A stretch of 41,543 nt of DNA from Jutongia sp. (GCA_050873905.1 JBNMJP010000001.1:1-41543), one strand, 5' to 3'; shown: positions 27,138-37,607, counted from the stretch's first letter. A program made the numbers and translations. The notes: a model not told the origin generated them from the letters alone.

Positions 27138-27155
27138 AAAATCATATGATAATAT
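27127..27155 (+). promoter_or_regulatory. Sigma-A promoter of infC-rpmI-rplT
   Basis: TTGACA-17 bp-TAATAT with TGn extension. Confidence 0.7.
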
Positions 27156-27216
27156 TCTTTATGTTGTGCTGAATTCACACATTGATGTGTTGTGGTCACA
27201 ACAGATAAATAACAAC

Positions 27217-27337
27217 AAAGCAGAGAAATCCACTCTCACCTTAGCACAGGAAGTGACTCGGGTTAAATAATGACATCAATCACCGCAACGTGATTTTGAC
27301 AGGATCAGTGGATAAAGCTTTGCTTATCCACTTTTTT
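27217..27337 (+). ncRNA. Ribosomal protein L20 leader (attenuator)
   Basis: AAAGCAGAG...CTCTCACC lies upstream of infC. Terminator AGTGGATAA/TTATCCACT + T6 spans 27307-27337, and ATCCACT (27228-27234) can pair alternatively with AGTGGAT. Confidence 0.75.
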
Positions 27338-27358
27338 AATGTATGGAGGTGCAGGAAC

Positions 27359-27868
27359 ATTAGTAGGACAGCAGTAAATGAGCAGATCAGAGACAGAGAG
27401 ATTCGTCTGATCGGCGAGGATGGGGAACAGTTAGGAATTATGTCGGCAAGAGATGCCATGAAGCTTGCAAGAGAAGCAGATCTTGATCTGGTCAAGATTG
27501 CACCAAATGCAAAGCCTCCGGTATGCAAGATCGTTGATTACGGAAAGTACCGTTATGAACAGGCACGTCGTGAGAAAGAGGCAAAGAAAAAGCAGAGAAC
27601 AATGGAAGTAAAAGAAATCCGTTTGTCTCCAAACATTGATGTAAACGACCTGAATACAAAAGCAAATCAGGCGAGAAAATTCCTGAGCAAGGGTGATCGT
27701 GTGAAGGTATCCCTTCGTTTCCGTGGTCGTGAGCTTGCACATATCAATTATAGTAAACAGATTCTGGACAGCTTTTACGAGAAGCTGGAGGATATTGCTG
27801 TTGTGGATAAGCCTGCTAAGATGGAAGGCCGTACCATGGTAATGTTCTTATCAGAGAAGAGGCAGTAA
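27359..27868 (+). CDS. infC: Translation initiation factor IF-3 (ATT start)
   Basis: NEQIRDREIRLIG, DLVKIAP..PPVCKI and KVSLRFRGRE. A GGAGGT RBS lies 8 nt before the in-frame ATT at 27359. Confidence 0.96.
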   Translation: MSRTAVNEQIRDREIRLIGEDGEQLGIMSARDAMKLAREADLDLVKIAPNAKPPVCKIVDYGKYRYEQARREKEAKKKQRTMEVKEIRLSPNIDVNDLNTKANQARKFLSKGDRVKVSLRFRGRELAHINYSKQILDSFYEKLEDIAVVDKPAKMEGRTMVMFLSEKRQ

Positions 27869-27972
27869 AGATTGGCTGACCGGTCATACGGTGAGCAAGG
27901 CTTTCAAGGCGGTGTACTGCCGATGCAGATACGCCAGATTATAAATATTATGCAAATAAGGAGGAAACTATC

Positions 27973-28173
27973 ATGCCAAAAATGAAAACAAAGCGCGCAG
28001 CTGCAAAGCGTTTCAAAACTACAGGAACAGGAAAGCTCATGAAGATGAAGGCTTACAAGAGCCACATCCTGAATAAGAAGTCTACAAAGAGAAAGAGAAA
28101 CCTGAGAAAAGCTGTAGAGGTAGATGCAACAAACGCAAAGATGATGAAGCGCATTTTACCATATTCTAAATAA
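27973..28173 (+). CDS. rpmI: 50S ribosomal protein L35
   Basis: [21 protein letters not shown]. Confidence 0.97.
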   Translation: MPKMKTKRAAAKRFKTTGTGKLMKMKAYKSHILNKKSTKRKRNLRKAVEVDATNAKMMKRILPYSK

Positions 28174-28191
28174 TTTAAGGAGGAAAGACAA

Positions 28192-28548
28192 ATGGCGCGT
28201 ATTAAAGGCGGATTAAATGCAAAGAAGAAACACAATAGAGTTTTAAAGCTTGCAAAGGGATATAGAGGAGCAAGATCTAAGCAGTATAGAGTAGCAAAGC
28301 AGTCTGTAATGAGAGCCCTGACTTCCTCTTTCGCAGGTAGAAAAGAGAAGAAGAGACAGTTCAGACGTCTCTGGATCGCTCGTATCAATGCAGCAGCAAG
28401 ACTGAACGGTCTTTCATACAGCAAGTTCATGTATGGTCTGAAGCTGGCTGAGATTGATATCAACAGAAAGATGCTTTCTGAGATGGCTATCTCTGATCCT
28501 GAGGGATTCGCTTCTCTCGTTGAGGTTGCTAAGAGCAAGCTTGCCTAA
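28192..28548 (+). CDS. rplT: 50S ribosomal protein L20
   Basis: MARIKGG...[10 protein letters not shown]...[14 protein letters not shown]. Confidence 0.97.
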   Translation: MARIKGGLNAKKKHNRVLKLAKGYRGARSKQYRVAKQSVMRALTSSFAGRKEKKRQFRRLWIARINAAARLNGLSYSKFMYGLKLAEIDINRKMLSEMAISDPEGFASLVEVAKSKLA

Positions 28549-28608
28549 TGAATGAATAATATCTGAGTCGGAATATTTATGATATTTTGACTTCGAAGCA
28601 TATACAAG

Positions 28609-28631
28609 AAGAGTCCTTCGGGGCTCTTTTT
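28609..28631 (+). terminator. Intrinsic terminator after rplT
   Basis: AAGAGTCC-TTCG-GGGCTCTT followed by Ts (UUCG tetraloop). Confidence 0.75.
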
Positions 28632-28663
28632 GTCCTATATAATAAATGTGGAAAGGATACAAC

Positions 28664-30082
28664 ATGGTATTTAGTTCTGCAATATTTTTATTTATATTTC
28701 TTCCGGTGGTATTTCTGGGGAATCTGCTGATCCGTCCCCTGTGGGCGAAAAATCTGTTTCTGACCGCAGCGAGTCTGATCTTTTATGCCTTTGGGGAACC
28801 GGTATACGTTTTCCTGATGATCGCATCGGCTGCCATGAATTACGGATTTGGCAGGGGGCTGGAAGCGGCGGAGAGACAGGGAATCCGGCGCATTCTGCTG
28901 GCGGCTTCCGTACTGTGTAATCTGGTTATTCTGGGTACTTTTAAGTATGCCGGATTTCTCGTGGAAAATATCAATCATATGGCCGGATCGCACTTCAATG
29001 TACCGGAGATTGCACTTCCGGTGGGTATTTCATTTTTTACCTTTCAGGCAATGTCCTATGTGATCGATGTGTACCGGAATCGGGACATGTGCCAGAAAAG
29101 CTTTATGAAGGTGCTGCTTTACATATCCTTCTTTCCGCAGCTTATCGCCGGACCCATCGTGCGCTGGGGAGAGATCAAAACACAACTTAACCAGCGGACG
29201 ATCACTACAGACGGTGTGGTGGAGGGCATCTGTCGTTTTGTGAAAGGACTGGCCAAAAAGCTTCTGCTTGCCAATGGACTTGGACGGATCGCAGATCAGG
29301 TATTTGAACTGAATATTGGACAGTACAGTATGGCGGTGGCATGGCTGGGAGCCATATGCTATGCCTTACAGATCTTTTATGATTTTAGTGGATATTCGGA
29401 CATGGCGATCGGGCTGGCATCTATGTTTGGATTTCATTTTCAGGAAAATTTCGACCATCCGTACAGTGCGGACAGTATTCATGGCTTCTGGAGAAGATGG
29501 CATATTTCTCTGTCCTCATGGTTTAAGGAATATGTCTATATTCCACTGGGAGGAAACCGAAAAGGAAAGCTGCGGACAGAGTGTAATAAGCTGATCGTTT
29601 TCTTTTTGACGGGTATCTGGCATGGTGCCAACTGGACTTTTGTGATCTGGGGCATGATCCATGGTGTGATGAATGTGCTGGAGGATACGATCCTGCCGAT
29701 CCGCAAATGCCGATTTAAGTGGATCGGAAATCTCTATACCTGGATCATTGCCGTGACAGCGTTTGTGATGTTTCGGGCAGATACCGCTGCATATGGGTGG
29801 CAGATGATCCGGACAATGTTTGGCAATTTTTTCTGGGATGTGTCATCAAGACAGTTTATTCTGGAGCGGCTGGACGGTTATACCATAGCACTGCTGATTG
29901 CAGGTATTTTATTTTCCTATCCGGTGACGGGAAAGCTTGCCCGGAAATCATCAAAATGGCGGGAGGCTCACAGCGTGGCATGGGAAAATCTGCGTTATGT
30001 GGGAGTACTTCTGTTGTTTTTGATCTGCGTCTGCAGTCTGGCATCGGCGGCGTATAATCCGTTTATTTATTTTCGTTTTTAA
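28664..30082 (+). CDS. MBOAT-family O-acyltransferase (AlgI/PatA-like)
   Basis: LPVGISFFTFQ, FFPQLIAGPI, DFSGYSDMAIG, FWRRWHISLS, GIWHGANW and NPFIYFRF. Confidence 0.93.
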   Translation: MVFSSAIFLFIFLPVVFLGNLLIRPLWAKNLFLTAASLIFYAFGEPVYVFLMIASAAMNYGFGRGLEAAERQGIRRILLAASVLCNLVILGTFKYAGFLVENINHMAGSHFNVPEIALPVGISFFTFQAMSYVIDVYRNRDMCQKSFMKVLLYISFFPQLIAGPIVRWGEIKTQLNQRTITTDGVVEGICRFVKGLAKKLLLANGLGRIADQVFELNIGQYSMAVAWLGAICYALQIFYDFSGYSDMAIGLASMFGFHFQENFDHPYSADSIHGFWRRWHISLSSWFKEYVYIPLGGNRKGKLRTECNKLIVFFLTGIWHGANWTFVIWGMIHGVMNVLEDTILPIRKCRFKWIGNLYTWIIAVTAFVMFRADTAAYGWQMIRTMFGNFFWDVSSRQFILERLDGYTIALLIAGILFSYPVTGKLARKSSKWREAHSVAWENLRYVGVLLLFLICVCSLASAAYNPFIYFRF

Positions 30083-30144
30083 GCATGTGTCTGGCGGACC
30101 AGAGCTTGTAATTGTTTCCGGGATGCAGAGGAAAGGAGCTGTGA

Positions 30145-31614
30145 ATGAAAAAAAGAATATTTATTGCTGTGTTTTTTCTTATTCTGTTGATCCCATTTGT
30201 GGGGATGAGCGTTTATCATGCGGATCTTAGCATAGAGAAAAAGCATGAGGAAGCACTGCCTTCGCTGATCCGGAATGGCAGGATCAATACCGGATTCTTT
30301 CAGGGCATTACCGATTATATGGCAGATCATTTTGCATTCCGCCAGGAAATGATCACAGCAGATGCCGGGATAAAAGCAGGGATTTTTCACAGCTCCGCCA
30401 ACGAGAAGGTCATCGTGGGAAAGAAGGGATGGTTGTTTTTTCAGGAGACCATGAATGATTATCAGAAGAGGAATCTTTTGTCGGGCCGGGAAATTCATAA
30501 TTGTGCCACCGTAGTGCGCCTGATAGAACAGGGTGTAGAGCTGCAGGGGGCGGAGTTTGCATTTACCGTGGCACCCAACAAGAACACCCTCTATGGAAAA
30601 TACATGCCGGATCGTTTTGAGGCTGGAAGCGGCGAGGGGAACCTGGAGCACCTGATCGCAGAAATGAAAAAGCAAAAGGTTCATTACGTGGATCTGCGGA
30701 CACCTCTTCGGAAGGGGAAAAAACAGGTGTACCATAAATTGGACACCCATTGGAATAATCTGGGAGCATCCATCGCCTGTGAAACATTACTGGATTTTTT
30801 AGGAAAAGATCATATTCATTATGAAAATGAATCCTATCTCTGGAAGAAAAATTTTTCCGGTGACCTTCAGGGGATGCTTTTTCCAAAAAGCCGGAAAAAG
30901 GACTGGAATGCGATCTACGATCGTCCGTGGACGTATGAATATGTCAATAATGTTACTTCCACCGAGCAGATGGAGATTCAGACAGAAAATCAGACGCAAA
31001 AGGATGATCAGAAGAATGCTGTGAAAGAGAAACAGAAAAAGCAGAAGAGGCATAAAAGTCTGGTGATGTACCGGGATTCCTTTGGAAATGCACTGGTTCC
31101 CTTTATGGCGCAGGAGTATTTGAAGGGATATTTCACAAAGGAGGTGCCATACGATTTAAGTCTGGTGGATGCTTATAAGGCAGACGATGTAGTGATCGAA
31201 CTGGCACAGAGGCAGATTCCGACATTACTGGAGGGAGTTCCTTATATGATGGCTCCGGGTGTGGCATTTGATCAGGATGTGCAGGAGACCGGAAAAACTG
31301 CAGCCACGATGGAGATGCGGGAGGTGACCGGAACGGATGGCGTGCTTCGGATCTCCGGGGAGACAGACAAACGGTGGACAGATGATGATTCAGAAATTTA
31401 TATCAGTATGTATGGAAAAAAGAATCTTCTGATGTTTGAAGCCTTTCCGTCGGTATATGATCCCATGGACGAAAAAGCGGACCGGGCATATAGCTATGGC
31501 GCCTATATAGATACATCCTCCCTGCCCCGTGACCGATATCAGATCGAGGTCATTACAAAAAAGGATGGAAGCTATTATACAACTGGATTTCTGGGGAAAT
31601 ATGTGGTAACATAA
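30145..31614 (+). CDS. AlgJ/AlgX (PatB)-like SGNH-fold O-acetyltransferase
   Basis: N-terminal TM anchor, GKKGWLF, APNK, DTHWN and RDSFG motifs; adjacent to the MBOAT gene. Confidence 0.82.
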   Translation: MKKRIFIAVFFLILLIPFVGMSVYHADLSIEKKHEEALPSLIRNGRINTGFFQGITDYMADHFAFRQEMITADAGIKAGIFHSSANEKVIVGKKGWLFFQETMNDYQKRNLLSGREIHNCATVVRLIEQGVELQGAEFAFTVAPNKNTLYGKYMPDRFEAGSGEGNLEHLIAEMKKQKVHYVDLRTPLRKGKKQVYHKLDTHWNNLGASIACETLLDFLGKDHIHYENESYLWKKNFSGDLQGMLFPKSRKKDWNAIYDRPWTYEYVNNVTSTEQMEIQTENQTQKDDQKNAVKEKQKKQKRHKSLVMYRDSFGNALVPFMAQEYLKGYFTKEVPYDLSLVDAYKADDVVIELAQRQIPTLLEGVPYMMAPGVAFDQDVQETGKTAATMEMREVTGTDGVLRISGETDKRWTDDDSEIYISMYGKKNLLMFEAFPSVYDPMDEKADRAYSYGAYIDTSSLPRDRYQIEVITKKDGSYYTTGFLGKYVVT

Positions 31615-31656
31615 ATAAAATAGGGTAAATATTGAAAAGTAAGAGGGGATCAAGCG

Positions 31657-32052
31657 ATGAAGAGGAAGAAGATCGTACTTGCAGGGACGATCGTGTGTAC
31701 GCTGCTTGGCAGTCTGACAATTCCGGCAAAGGAGGTTGTCATGATACCACAGCAGGTGGTGTGTGCAAGTGCTGCAAAACGTGCCACAACCACGACGACA
31801 CAGTCTGCGACAAAGGGCAAAAAGAATACAAAGGCTCAGAAAAAGATCAAACAAAATAAGAAAAAAGCCAAAAAATATATTGGAAAAAAGCTAAGCAGTC
31901 TTGTTAAGGTGATTGGCAAATACAAAAAGCTTTCCAAGGCGGCAAGCTGCTACTATGAAAACGAGTATGACGGCATTGCCAAATACGAGGGGTTTGTGGT
32001 GTATTGTCATACAGAGAATAAGAAGACCTGGATCGTGGACAGTGTAGAATAG
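31657..32052 (+). CDS. Secreted lysine-rich hypothetical protein
   Basis: Signal-peptide-like N-terminus and a basic body; GAGGGG RBS. Confidence 0.7.
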   Translation: MKRKKIVLAGTIVCTLLGSLTIPAKEVVMIPQQVVCASAAKRATTTTTQSATKGKKNTKAQKKIKQNKKKAKKYIGKKLSSLVKVIGKYKKLSKAASCYYENEYDGIAKYEGFVVYCHTENKKTWIVDSVE

Positions 32053-32065
32053 ACGGGAGCAGCAG

Positions 32066-33184
32066 ATGAGAGGAAAAAGACAGATCAGGGGCAGAGGCAT
32101 CTGGCTTGGTGTTACGGCTGTAGTGGCACTGGGAACTCTGTGTGGAAGCAGTAGTGGCAGAAACAGGGCTTATGCTGCTACAGGACATGTTATCAGGCAT
32201 GTCAAAGGACAGATGGCGTGCTGTGAGCTGAGTGGAGCAGGAGGGACACAGCATCAGGAGCTTTACTACAGCTCCGGAGGGATTCTTCGAGTCTCCGGTA
32301 TCGAGGATACGAAGGGAACAGCCGTTGAGCAGACACAGGCTTCCACAGAGGAGTCACCGCCTGCTGTGACAGCAGACACTCCCGCAGAGCCAACGGGGAC
32401 TGTGGCACCGGCGGGAGAGACGGAGCAGCCAAAAGAATCGGCACAGCCTGGGACTACGGCAAAGCCAAGAGACACCATGAAACCGAAAGCTACGGCGAGA
32501 CCCACAGTTACACCGGGCAGACTGGTTCATAAGAAATATACCACATGGTATGTGTATAAAAGTGGCAGGAAGCTGACCAAAAGCTTTCTCACCCTGAAGA
32601 AAAAGACTTATTATTTTGACAAAAACGGAGATATGTATCACGGCTGGTTGAAACGGGGCGGAGAATATTATTATCTGGACCGGAGTACCGGAGTGCTGGT
32701 ACATCATGGAAAGGTCGATGGCATCCGGCTTCGCAAGGGTCAGGCTGTGCAGACAAAGCGCAGCGTCAAAAAGATAGAGACCATGCGCACAGCAGCAAGG
32801 CTGCTGAAGCAGATCACAAAGCCCTCGGACACACGGGAGCAGAAGAAAATGAAGTGTTACCGGTACATTATGAAATGTGATTACCGCAGATATCGTTTTC
32901 TGGAGCCGATTTATAAGAAGAAGGGCTGGGAATGCACCTTTGCCAATGATATTTTCCGGCACCATGCGGGCTGCTGTGTGTCAGAGTCATCCGCACTGGC
33001 GTTTCTTTTCCATGAGATTGGCTACAAGGATGTTTATGTGTGCCATGACACCAGCCATGCCTGGGTGGAGATGAACGGCAGAGTATATGACAATCTGTTT
33101 TCCAAGGCGAAGGATTTCTGGAAGTACTATAATGCGACCTATGAGAGCTTCGGGCTGAATCCGGTGGATAAACGCAAAATATAA
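32066..33184 (+). CDS. Secreted protein with cell-wall-binding repeats and a transglutaminase-like domain
   Basis: Signal peptide, Pro/Thr linker, YYFDKNGDMYHGW..YYYLD repeats, and a candidate triad GCC..HAWVE..YD. Confidence 0.72.
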   Translation: MRGKRQIRGRGIWLGVTAVVALGTLCGSSSGRNRAYAATGHVIRHVKGQMACCELSGAGGTQHQELYYSSGGILRVSGIEDTKGTAVEQTQASTEESPPAVTADTPAEPTGTVAPAGETEQPKESAQPGTTAKPRDTMKPKATARPTVTPGRLVHKKYTTWYVYKSGRKLTKSFLTLKKKTYYFDKNGDMYHGWLKRGGEYYYLDRSTGVLVHHGKVDGIRLRKGQAVQTKRSVKKIETMRTAARLLKQITKPSDTREQKKMKCYRYIMKCDYRRYRFLEPIYKKKGWECTFANDIFRHHAGCCVSESSALAFLFHEIGYKDVYVCHDTSHAWVEMNGRVYDNLFSKAKDFWKYYNATYESFGLNPVDKRKI

Positions 33185-33280
33185 TGAGTTCGAAAGGATT
33201 TATATTAGGAGTTTTTTGAAACTCCGTCATGCGCTGATAAAGGAAATTATTATAGATAATAAGAGAAAGGATGTAAGACA

Positions 33281-35926
33281 ATGGCAAAAGAACTGGAAAA
33301 AAACTACAATCCTGCGGACATTGAGAAGAGAACCTATGACAAGTGGCAGGAGAAAAAATATTTTCATGCGGAGGTAGATCGCAGCAAGAAACCGTTTACG
33401 ATCGTTATGCCACCGCCAAATATCACAGGACAGCTCCACATGGGACATGCTCTGGACAATACACTTCAGGATATTCTGATCCGTTTTAAGAGAATGCAGG
33501 GTTATGAGGCACTCTGGGTACCGGGAACCGACCACGCATCCATTGCCACAGAGGCAAAGGTAGTAGAAAAGCTTCGGGAGCAGGGAATCTCCAAGGATGA
33601 TATTGGCAGAGAGAAGTTTCTGGAGCACGTTTGGGACTGGAAGAAGCAGTACGGTGGCCGCATTGTAGAACAGCTGAAAAAGATCGGTTCTTCCTGCGAC
33701 TGGGACAGAGAGCGTTTCACCATGGATGAGGGATGCTCCAAGGCAGTCAAGGAAGTATTTGTCAATCTGTACAACAAGGGACTGATCTATCGTGGAAAGC
33801 GTATTATCAACTGGTGTCCTCATTGTCTGACCTCTCTTTCGGATGCAGAGGTAGAGTATGAGGATCAGGCAGGAAGCTTCTGGCATCTGCGTTATAAGAC
33901 CACAGACGGTACCGGATATATTGATCTGGCAACTACACGTCCGGAGACACTCCTTGGTGATACTGCCGTTGCAGTTAATCCAAACGATGAGCGTTACAAG
34001 GATATGGTAGGAAAGATGCTGGATCTGCCGATCGTACATCGTCAGATCCCGATCATCGCAGATGATTATGTAGATATGGAGTTTGGTACCGGTGTTGTAA
34101 AGATCACACCGGCACATGACCCGAACGACTTTGAGGTAGGAAAGCGTCACAATCTGGAAGTGATCAATGTTCTTACCGATGATGCTAAGATCGTAGAGGA
34201 TTATCCGAAATATGCAGGCATGGACCGCTATGAGGCAAGAAAGGCAATCGTAGCTGATCTGGAGGCAGAAGGTGCTCTTCTGAAAGTAGAAGACCATGAG
34301 CATAATGTAGGAACCTGCTACCGTTGTCATACAACCGTAGAGCCAAGAGTATCTCTTCAGTGGTTTGTTAAGATGGATGATCTGGCAAAGCCTGCCATTG
34401 AGGCAGTCAAGAACGGTGATACCAAGTTTGTACCACCTCATTTTGATAAGACATATTATCACTGGCTGGAGAATATCCGTGACTGGTGTATTTCCCGTCA
34501 GCTCTGGTGGGGACATCAGATTCCGGCATTTTACTGTGATGACTGCGGAGAGATGGTTGTAACAAAGGAAAGCAGCTGTAATTGTCCAAAATGCGGCAAG
34601 CCGATGAGACAGGATCCGGATACACTGGATACCTGGTTCTCCTCCGCACTGTGGCCATTCAGTACCCTGGGCTGGCCGGATAATACCGAGGAGATGGATT
34701 ATTTCTATCCAACCAGCACACTGGTAACAGGATATGATATTATTTTCTTCTGGGTGATCCGTATGATGTTCTCCGGACTGGAGCACACCGGCAAGGTTCC
34801 GTTTGATACAGTACTGATCCACGGACTTGTCCGCGACTCCCAGGGACGCAAGATGAGTAAATCCCTCGGCAATGGTATTGATCCATTGGAGGTGATTGAT
34901 AAGTATGGTGCAGACGCCCTTCGTTTCACGCTGGTCACAGGAAATGCACCGGGTAATGATATGCGTTTCTACTGGGAGCGTGTAGAGGCAAGCCGTAACT
35001 TTGCCAATAAGGTATGGAATGCGTCTCGTTTCATCATGATGCATTTAGGTGACAATACCATCACAGAACCTGCATATGATGAATTGAAAGAGGCAGATAA
35101 ATGGATCCTTTCCAAGGTAAATACCCTGGCGAAGGAAGTTACCGAGAATATGGAGAAGTACGAGCTGGGAGTAGCCGTACAGAAGATCAATGACTTTATC
35201 TGGACCGAGTTCTGCGACTGGTATATTGAGATCGTAAAGCCAAGACTGTTTGCAAAGGAGGAGGATCCGGCTTCTGCCAATGCAGCATTCTGGACACTCC
35301 GCACAGTGCTGATCGATTCTCTGAAGCTGCTTCATCCGTATATGCCGTTTATCACAGAGGAGATATTCTGCACGATCCAGTCAGAGGAAGAGTCCATTAT
35401 GATCTCTTCCTGGCCGGAGTACAAGGAGCAGTGGAATGATCCGGCAGCCGAGGAAATGGCAGAGAATATCAAGAACGTTATCCGCGGTATCCGTAATATC
35501 CGTACCGAGATGAATGTAGCCAATTCCCGCAAGGCACAGGTTTATATTGTTGCAGATGACGAGGCAACCTGCAAGGTGCTGGAGGGCAGCAGAGATGCCT
35601 ATGAGCATATGATCTATGCTTCTGAGCTTTTCGTTCAGATGGATAAGACCGGTATCGAGGAGAATGCAGTATCTGTTGTGATTCCAAAGGCAACGGTCTA
35701 CATGCCTCTTGCAGATCTGGTTGATTTTGAGAAGGAAAAGGAACGCCTTACCAAGGAGAAGAAGCGTCTCGAGGGAGAGCTTAAGCGTGTCAACGGCATG
35801 CTGAACAATGAGAAGTTTATGAGCAAGGCTCCGGAGAGCAAGATCGCAGAGGAAAAGGAAAAATTAGAGAAATATACAAGTATGATGACAAAGGTTGAGG
35901 AAGAGTTAAAGGCACTGGAGAAATAA
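33281..35926 (+). CDS. valS: Valine--tRNA ligase
   Basis: PPPNITGQLHMGH, ATTRPET, DWCISRQLWWGH and KMSKS; C-terminal coiled-coil arm. Confidence 0.97.
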   Translation: MAKELEKNYNPADIEKRTYDKWQEKKYFHAEVDRSKKPFTIVMPPPNITGQLHMGHALDNTLQDILIRFKRMQGYEALWVPGTDHASIATEAKVVEKLREQGISKDDIGREKFLEHVWDWKKQYGGRIVEQLKKIGSSCDWDRERFTMDEGCSKAVKEVFVNLYNKGLIYRGKRIINWCPHCLTSLSDAEVEYEDQAGSFWHLRYKTTDGTGYIDLATTRPETLLGDTAVAVNPNDERYKDMVGKMLDLPIVHRQIPIIADDYVDMEFGTGVVKITPAHDPNDFEVGKRHNLEVINVLTDDAKIVEDYPKYAGMDRYEARKAIVADLEAEGALLKVEDHEHNVGTCYRCHTTVEPRVSLQWFVKMDDLAKPAIEAVKNGDTKFVPPHFDKTYYHWLENIRDWCISRQLWWGHQIPAFYCDDCGEMVVTKESSCNCPKCGKPMRQDPDTLDTWFSSALWPFSTLGWPDNTEEMDYFYPTSTLVTGYDIIFFWVIRMMFSGLEHTGKVPFDTVLIHGLVRDSQGRKMSKSLGNGIDPLEVIDKYGADALRFTLVTGNAPGNDMRFYWERVEASRNFANKVWNASRFIMMHLGDNTITEPAYDELKEADKWILSKVNTLAKEVTENMEKYELGVAVQKINDFIWTEFCDWYIEIVKPRLFAKEEDPASANAAFWTLRTVLIDSLKLLHPYMPFITEEIFCTIQSEEESIMISSWPEYKEQWNDPAAEEMAENIKNVIRGIRNIRTEMNVANSRKAQVYIVADDEATCKVLEGSRDAYEHMIYASELFVQMDKTGIEENAVSVVIPKATVYMPLADLVDFEKEKERLTKEKKRLEGELKRVNGMLNNEKFMSKAPESKIAEEKEKLEKYTSMMTKVEEELKALEK

Positions 35927-35988
35927 TGCACCGCAGACAGGTGTCTGTTTACCTTAGAAACAGGCATTCCGAAAGGTAGGGTGATTTT

Positions 35989-37386
35989 ATGGAGAAGGTG
36001 GATAAAAACGATTTTGGAGAAGTTCAGGTAGAGATTTCCGAGGATGATATGGCGGCATACATCACTCTGACGCCGGAGAAACGAGATCATGAGTATAAAA
36101 TGGATGAATTGAGGATTCTTCTGAAAGCGGCAGGTGTGGAGCATGGTGTTCAGGAGGATGTTCTGCAAAAGGCAGTGTCCGAAAAACGGTACTATGAGCG
36201 GTTTGCCGTTGCCAGAGGGGAGGAGCCGCTGGATGGGAAGGATGGATGGTTTGAGTTTCTTTTTCCCATTCATGTGGATACCCGCCCGAAGATCCTCAAG
36301 GATGGCTCTGTAGATTATGCTTCCTGTGGTCAGGTTCCTTCCGTAGGGGAGGGACAGGAGATCGTGCATTATCATCCGGCACAGAAGGCGAAGGATGGCA
36401 TGAATGTTCTGGGACAGCTCCTTCCGGGACGCAATGGCAGGGATCTTGCGCGGCTGCGGGGCAAGGGCTTTGAGCTCTCGCCGGATAATCTGGTTTATAC
36501 CGCCAAGCTGACCGGTAAGGCAACGTATCAAAATGATATTCTGAATATCAGTGCGGAGCTGACGTTGGACAGCGATGTATCCTATACTACGACGGGAGAT
36601 GTTCATTTTATCGGAGATATCCGGATCCGGGGCAATGTACTGTCCGGGATGAAGGTCACTTCCGAAAAGGGAAGCATCATCGTGGATGGATATGTGGAAG
36701 CCGCCACACTGGTTGCCGGTAAGGATGTGGTTCTCAAAAACGGCATGCAGGGCAATGGACAGGGAAAGGTTGCTGCAAAGGGCGATGTTTCCGGGAAGTT
36801 TTTCGAGCAGACATTTATTGACTGTGACGGAAATGTTGCGGCAAATGCCATCATGAACTGTCAGATCACCTGTGGTCAGGACGTCAAGGTGTCCGGACGC
36901 TTTGGTGCCATTATCGGAGGCAGTGTGTCTGCGATGCATAGCATAGAAACTATGGTTGCCGGCAATATGGCGGAGGTAAAAACAGAGCTTTGCGCCGGGA
37001 TGGAGGAGAATCTGTTTGCACTGCTGATGCAGCATGAAAAAAGCCGCCAGCAGATTCAGGAAGAAGTAGAAAAGATCTTAGATGCATTGAAAAAGATCAA
37101 CAAAATTTTGGAAACTTCGCCCACACCGGATCTGCAGCAAAAGAAATTAAAGCTCACCAGAGCGAAGATTGAAAAAGATACCCGTCTCAATGAGATCATG
37201 AAGCGCAAGCAGGAGACGGTGGATCAGATGAGTAAAACAAATGATGCCAGCATCACCATATTAAAGAGGGTGAATCCCGGAACAGAGATCACGGTAAATG
37301 GAAAACATGTATCTGTTCAGGAGGAGATTGCTGGTGTAGAATATAGAAGACGAGGAACGGGAATCGTATCCTATGGTCTGGAGTAA
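35989..37386 (+). CDS. FapA / DUF342 family protein
   Basis: VEISEDDMAAY, VARGEEPLDGKDG, DGSVDY, and beta-helix repeats TGDVHFIGDIRIRGNV. Confidence 0.85.
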   Translation: MEKVDKNDFGEVQVEISEDDMAAYITLTPEKRDHEYKMDELRILLKAAGVEHGVQEDVLQKAVSEKRYYERFAVARGEEPLDGKDGWFEFLFPIHVDTRPKILKDGSVDYASCGQVPSVGEGQEIVHYHPAQKAKDGMNVLGQLLPGRNGRDLARLRGKGFELSPDNLVYTAKLTGKATYQNDILNISAELTLDSDVSYTTTGDVHFIGDIRIRGNVLSGMKVTSEKGSIIVDGYVEAATLVAGKDVVLKNGMQGNGQGKVAAKGDVSGKFFEQTFIDCDGNVAANAIMNCQITCGQDVKVSGRFGAIIGGSVSAMHSIETMVAGNMAEVKTELCAGMEENLFALLMQHEKSRQQIQEEVEKILDALKKINKILETSPTPDLQQKKLKLTRAKIEKDTRLNEIMKRKQETVDQMSKTNDASITILKRVNPGTEITVNGKHVSVQEEIAGVEYRRRGTGIVSYGLE

Positions 37387-37444
37387 GTATGATGTCGATA
37401 ATTGCGGCAGAAATGATTTGATGATGGAATGGAGGTAGTGTAAG

Positions 37445-37597
37445 ATGGATTTTGAGGCAGAATTAGAAAAATTTCAGCCAAGTCTTGATATTGAGCAGGC
37501 AGAGGATGCCATTTACGGAAACAGTACAACAGATGTAATGGATCTGCTCCAGAGCATTCTGGCAGATGCAGGTACAGGCACAAAGAACGCAGAATAG
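37445..37597 (+). CDS. Small acidic hypothetical protein (50 aa; below ORF-track cutoff)
   Basis: GGAGGT RBS, then MDFEAELEKFQPSLDIEQAEDAIYGNSTTDVMDLLQSILADAGTGTKNAE*. Confidence 0.7.
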   Translation: MDFEAELEKFQPSLDIEQAEDAIYGNSTTDVMDLLQSILADAGTGTKNAE

Positions 37598-37607
37598 GGG
37601 AAGAAAT

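Noticed and set aside
27290-27358. GTG-initiated N-terminal extension of IF-3
   Set aside because: It lies within the L20 leader; the RBS position supports ATT at 27359.
27869-27945. Possible tRNA-like structure between infC and rpmI
   Set aside because: Short stems are present but there are no T-loop (TTCGA) or D-loop signatures; at most an mRNA structure.
33227-35044. 605-aa minus-strand ORF
   Set aside because: Antisense to valS; a typical codon-bias shadow with no motifs.
35698-37035. 445-aa minus-strand ORF
   Set aside because: Antisense to valS and fapA; no motifs or RBS support.
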